This document shows positions 58,242-64,000 of a stretch of DNA of 64,000 nt, piece after piece. A program made the position numbers and the translations under genes. Position 1 is the stretch's first letter, and each line of letters opens with the position of its first letter. The notes below the pieces were generated by a model. That model was not told where the DNA came from and searched no databases. It was given only the letters and a program-made list of their open reading frames with translations. The stretch comes from the human T2T-CHM13v2.0 reference genome, Homo sapiens. The stretch lies in NCBI RefSeq assembly GCF_009914755.1, contig NC_060927.1. The stretch is one strand, 5' to 3'.

Positions 58242-59639
58242 AATCCTAGTTCTTTTACTCTCTTGCTTTTGCTCAGCCTGTAAGTAGGAGTAGGAAGTTT
58301 CAAAAGTTACAATAATTAACATATTCACGCCTTTTTCACGGTCTGGGGGAGCTAAAGCAGGTGCAGGATAAATGAAGGAACTGAACCAGCTAGGACCAAA
58401 ATCAGTAATTTGAACCAAACTTGATAGCTACTGTTTTGAAACTGTCATTCCTACCTATAGGTAGATAAGGGCAAGAGATTATAAAATCTGATGGCCACGA
58501 ATCTAATTTTATGAGACAGTGTAATGATAAAAGGAATGAGGGAGGCTGATAAATACAGATCTGTATGTCTTCCAGTTTTAGCCAGCTTGTCTTGTTTCTG
58601 AGTTTCTTGAGTTTCTTCCCTGGGAATTGTTTTAGGCCCAAATGGTAAGCAAAAGGAATATGGTGTAAGTGGAATTAAATAACTCCCCCCAGCACCTCCT
58701 ACTTTCTCTCCTCAGATGTGTGAGTGGTAAATACTTTGGAAGAAATACACCCCAAGCCTGGTGTGTTCACTCTGCTCCCAAAGGTGCTTGGGCAGTTGGT
58801 GGTGATGGGAGTGTTGGTTGATTGTAGCTCTGTATATGAGGGTGTCTGAGGATTGTAAAATTATCAGGAAATCCCTCTTGGTGTTGAAGTCATGAGCAGG
58901 TGCAGGAGAGGTGAAAGGAAAGGGCAGTGGGTATTCTTCCCCCTCAAAGTGTGGGAAGAGCAGTGCTCCAAGGCCACCCAAGGAGCTGGGATTTTTTCCT
59001 TCTAAGCTGGTTTTCCCTTTCTCCCCACTCCCAACTAGCACGTGGGCAGAAGGAAGTGCTTTATCTGCCTGCTACAGGGCTGGGAAATGTGGCCCGTGTA
59101 CTGCCTCAGTGCTTGGGTCACCAGCGGAGATGGCTGCAGTCCCAGCCAGCTCTGCAGGAGCTTCAGTCAGAAACGCTGATGTTAGGATGCATTCTTCAGG
59201 GAGCTGCAGCTTTTCTTAGAAGGTGGAAAAAGAGAAAGAAGTGAGTAAGGTGAAGTCTTAGAAGAAGGAACAACAGAAACCAAGTTCAGTGACAGCCCAC
59301 CAGGCCTGGCAGAGTCTGACAAGGAGTCTGTGAGGTAGGGAGTGTGCACGTGTGTCCGTGTGTGTAAAGGCTAATGGAATGGGAGACGCCCTTGAACAGA
59401 AAGGCTTTCACCCATAAGTGTGAAGTCTGGTTCGTCTTAGCGACAAAAGTTAGAAAACCACTTTCAGACAATAATTGTATTATTTTACAGCATTCGAAGC
59501 AACCTGAGTTGGTCTCAAAGGTGGCTCCCTCAGGCCTTACCTGAGGATGGGGACAGAGTTGCTCAAATGCTTTGGGATTACTGAGACTAGAGTCAGGATA
59601 AGCTCGATCCCAGGTTCCTCAGGCCATGCTTTTCCACTA

Positions 59640-59930
59640 GCCAATTCAGTCCCTTCAGCAAGTGTTTGTCGAGCACTTACTAGATAGCAGGTACTGCTCT
59701 TGGCACTTAGAGATATTTGGTGAAAAGGTCAGCCTGGAGCTTCCATTCTACTCAGGAGACAAATGAGTAAATACAGGAGGTGATTTAGAGAGCACCTGCC
59801 TCCTGTAGGAAAGAAAGGGAGGTTATGCAACAGCACCTGGTAAGGGTGGTCAGGGAAGGCCATGTGGGGCTCTGGGACAGAATTTTCCAGGCGGAAGGAA
59901 GATACAGAGGCTTCAAGGCAGAAAGAAACA
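59640..59930 (-). mobile_element. L2 3' part
   Basis: TTCAGCAAGTGTTTGTCGAGCACTTACTA...GGAGCTTCCATTCTA...GGTGGTCAGGGAAGGCC. Confidence 0.75.
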
Positions 59931-61666
59931 TCATTGTGGAGTAATGGCAGGTGGCTGATCCCACTCTCTGCATGCAGAAAAGAGCAGCAGCCTTCTTGAA
60001 GCCTTCTTACCTTTCTCACGTTAGTACAATTCCACACCCTTGTGTGTATGTGGCAGCCACTGTCATAGGCATCAGGGATCCTGCTTTTCTTCCCCTTGAC
60101 CAAGATGTGAAGATTTGTGATCAGAGCATCAGAAATAAAGTCCCTTGAGACTTGCAGATTGAGGAAAAAATGACAGGAGTCACCCAGATATGAAAATCAG
60201 ATCTTGAATTCGTCTATTGATCAGGCATTAGGCATGGTGGGAGTTCAGTCCGTTTCAGCTTTAATGTCCTGTTGTTTTGCTATTGATTTCTTTCCTCAGG
60301 TTTCAATTGGTATTTTTTCCATGTTGTCTATACATTGGTCATCTATTTTAGTGATGCTAATTGTTTAGCTATTAAAATGGTGCATTAGTCCCACACAACT
60401 CTTATAAACAGCTGTGTAGTAAGGAGTATAATCTTTGTATCTGTAGTCCCCCTTAGGGTTAATAATTAGGTTTTTGACAGCCAGCTCAGCCGGCTTGTTT
60501 TCACAGTGCCCTGTTTCCCACTGGAGAATGCAAGGATGCAGTCACGGGAGGACCAGGTGGACAGCATTTGGAGGATTTGGGTGGATCTAAGAATATTTTC
60601 ATTTGGAAGAACAGGATGGACACCAGAGGCCAAACCAAGGAGTAGAGGAAAACATGGCACCTTTCCCCCATCCCACCCCTGGAACTTTCACCCACAGTAT
60701 AGGGTTGCCTTGAAGCTCTGGATTACCATGGAGCTTTCAATGAGTAGGAGGAGACATCCATTTGTCCTCTGTCTCCAGCTGGCCCCGGGAACTATTCAAC
60801 ATCTGGGATTGCTTCCTGCGGTGCCCCCTGACCCAACTCACCAGAGTCTACCGACTCTAGACCCACTGTTGTCCTGGGCCCCTGCCTGACTCTTTTACCC
60901 ACTCCAGGATGACCCTGGTTTCTACTGACACCGGCCTGACCTAACTCGGTTTGTCTAGAATGCAGTTGAAGTTGCAGCAAGGGAGATGAGGAAGGGTAAG
61001 AATTGGTGAAAAAAATTACAAAGGTTTTTCATGGTTCCTACCCTCGATGAGTTTACAGTCTAGTCTTCATGAGGACATGTGCTCATTTGATCATAAGGCA
61101 TTTTGTGACATGTGCCTGGAGGTGATTCAGACAGATGGGCAGGGCAGGAGGGAATGCTGGGGTGTGTATAGCAAAATGTGTTATTAAATTATGGCATCTG
61201 TTGTCAACAACCGGTTTAGACCTTCTTGATCTCCTGGGGTTTCTTTTCAGTTACAGAATTCTGTCATCATTACAGAAACAAGGCTTAGCCACTTACTGCT
61301 TTAAATACCAAAAAGAGATGGCGAATAAGATTGGGATCCATGGGGCTTTGAGAACCTAGTAGCGTGTGTGCTGTATCACAGTTCTCTTCTGGCTGATACT
61401 GGAGAGGGCCATGCAATGCTGGGGAAGGACAGCTGTACTAGGGAGTCTGGATTCGAATTCTGGACATCCCTAGGCTCACTGTGTGACCTTCATCCCCCCT
61501 CCCCCCACTCCCTGTACCCTTTGAGTGCCCCTGCCTTCTTACTCTGCATGTGTGTGCATGTGCATGTGTACCCATGAGTGTGAGGAAGGATAACTCCAGT
61601 GTTGGGGGAGAGTCTGCCAGGAGATAGGTGCCCTGAGTAGTGGTCTTCTCTTGGGCACTTACCGAC

Positions 61667-62127
61667 TGTGTCATTTTGGAAAATGGCCCCCCCCAAAAGA
61701 TTTCCACATCCTAATCTCTTGAACCTGTGAGTATGTTACCTTACATGGCAAAAGGGATGTTGCAGATGTGATTAACTTCAGAATCTTGAGATGGAAAGAT
61801 TACTCTGGATTTAGATGGGCCTACCCAATCCTTACAAGAGGGAGGCAAGAGTTAGCCGGAGAAGGAGCTGCAGTGATGGAAGCGCAGAAGTCAAGAGTGA
61901 TGTAACCACGAGCCAAGGAATGTGGGCAGCCTTAGAAGCTGGAAAAGGCAAGGAAACAGGTTCAGCCCTAGAGCCTCCAGAGGAGCACAGTCCTGCTGAC
62001 ATCCTAATTTTAGTTCAGCAAGACCCATTTCTGCCATCTGACCTTCAGAACTGTAAGATACTAAGTTTGTGTTGTTTTAAGCTACTAAATTATAGTAACT
62101 TGTTATAGAAGCAATGGGAAACATACA
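61667..62127 (+). mobile_element. MLT1D solo LTR (ERVL-MaLR), inserted in a MIR
   Basis: TG...CA ends. GTTACCTTACATGGCAAAAGGGA, GAAGCTGGAAAAGGCAAGGAAAC, CAGAACTGTAAGATA...TGTGTTGTTTTAAGC. Confidence 0.92.
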
Positions 62128-62389
62128 TCAATTATTCCTCTGGATATTAGTTGCTTCAGCTCTAAAATGGGGACACAAAATGTTTTCTGCCTGAAGGCTG
62201 AGAACTGGACCATGTGACTTTTGGCATTCCTTCAAGTTCTAGATTTCATGAGAGAGAAAATCGACCTGAAAATGCATTAAATGTTTAAAAACATAGGGAA
62301 GAAAGAAATATACAATTATTTAATGTCTGTGTATGTCATTTAATTCTTACAACCACCTGAGAGAGATTTTATAATTATTATTTTCTTTT

Positions 62390-62540
62390 AGTCATTCAAG
62401 TATTTGAGTGCCTATATGTGCCAGATGGTGTTCTAGGTGTTAGAAATAAAGCAGTGAACAAGACCAATAAAAATCTCCTGTCTTTTTGAAGCTTATCTTT
62501 AGGGAGACAGATGAGAAACCATAAGCATAATTGCTAAGTG
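62390..62540 (-). mobile_element. L2 3' end
   Basis: CATTCAAGTATTTGAGTGCCTATATGTGCCAG...GCAGTGAACAAGAC. Confidence 0.8.
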
Positions 62541-63134
62541 AATCATCAGCTAGGTTGGCAATTGATAGCTGGGATGGAAGAAAATTAGAGCAGGTTGATG
62601 GGAGCATGTTACTGACTAGGATTGCAGGAGCTCAGAGGGTGAGCAGTTTGCTCAAGACCACAGCACCAGGAGGTAGTGGAGTGGGGATGAAACCCAAAAT
62701 CTGTTGGAATCCAGAGGCCTGGTCTGATCCTTTTCTCAGGCTAGTAGAAGGCTCTGCCTGACTTTGCCTATTTGGATTCCCCCACTTTACTGAGGGAGAG
62801 GAGTCCCCACTGCCAGCTGTTGTTAGGACAATTGCTATCATCCTGGGTTTCATATTTTTAGCTCCTTTCCCATCTCTCTAATAAGTAAATGCCAGAGGGC
62901 TAGGGCTAGGCTGATGCTGGGAATGAGACGAGGAACACAGACGGCACAGGTCGCTTCATGAGTTCCAGAGGCTTGTACAGGAGACACATGGGCCGGCCAC
63001 TGTTTCCTGTCTCTCTGAGGGAGCTGCAACTCCAGCCTTTCATCTCACAACTCAAGTTGCTTTTGCTGCAGCTGAGGCCTGAATGTGCATTTGTAACTCT
63101 GGGGAAAAGGGTGTTCAGTTATCAACAATTACTA

Positions 63135-63214
63135 TTAGGTTGGTGCAAAAGTAACTGCAGATTTTGCCACTACAAGTAACTGTAAAAACTGCAATTACTT
63201 TTGCGCCTACCTGA
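63135..63214. mobile_element. MADE1 (Hsmar1-derived mariner MITE), 80 bp
   Basis: TIRs TTAGGTTGGTGCAAAAGTAA / TTACTTTTGCGCCTACCTGA, with TA TSD at 63133-63134 and 63215-63216. Confidence 0.95.
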
Positions 63215-63547
63215 TATTTTTATGTTGCATGGCCTTTTCCTGGCAGTTTGATGTTTATCATTTCCTGTCATTGAGGAATGTGTTTTTCTAGGACAGTATG
63301 AAGGCTTTCAGGATCTTTAGAGGGAAGCTCTAAAATGTGCTTCTCTCTCCATTAGGTTGGCTCATCAGTCAGATTCTGATTTGAAAATGAAGGGTGCTTG
63401 GCAGTAAGAATAGTGGAAGTAAATTTTCAATATTATACATTAACAAGTCATAACTAATAACTTTTATGGGTTCTTCCCATCTCAGATTTCAGAGAATATT
63501 TTTGGGTTGTGTTCTATTGATGAGGGCTTAAAGAAATGCCTTGTTCT

Positions 63548-63912
<365 letters not shown>

Positions 63913-64000
63913 TTAGTTTCTGCTTACTGCTACTTCTACACAAGGTCAAGAGAAAGCCTGGCTTCAGAAGAATTACATAGTCAACCCCTGGGGCTAGCTA

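Overview
Primate, human-like non-coding genomic DNA. I find no credible protein-coding exon, RNA gene or CpG island. The ORFs in the track are chance frames or repeat read-throughs. Much of the window is interspersed repeat: 17 Alu elements (J, S and Y types, most with visible target-site duplications), old L1M relics (mostly antisense, one about 4.5 kb), many L2 and MIR fragments, a CR1/L3-type relic, MaLR LTRs (MLT1D, MLT1K/L-like) and DNA-transposon MITEs (MER58 x2, MER20-like, MER91A, MER46C-like, MADE1). Repeat names come from my recall of consensus sequences, not from a RepeatMasker run. The antisense L1 bias suggests a large intron of a gene transcribed on the + strand. Several repeat-free blocks rich in homeodomain, E-box and TCF motifs look like developmental enhancers. 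From unverified memory the region resembles the last intron of FTO, in the IRX3/IRX5 regulatory block; this needs a BLAT check. I found no convincing new biological system. The most unusual local structures are: (i) a perfect 29-bp inverted duplication with a 347-bp spacer that extends to about 38 bp with G-U pairs only on the + strand; (ii) a tiny young L1PA 3' end plus a 13-nt unexplained tag wedged into an AluSp tail; (iii) a 3x46-bp minisatellite at an L2 terminus; (iv) a CR1 relic carrying a CTCF-like core; (v) closely spaced inverted Alu pairs.
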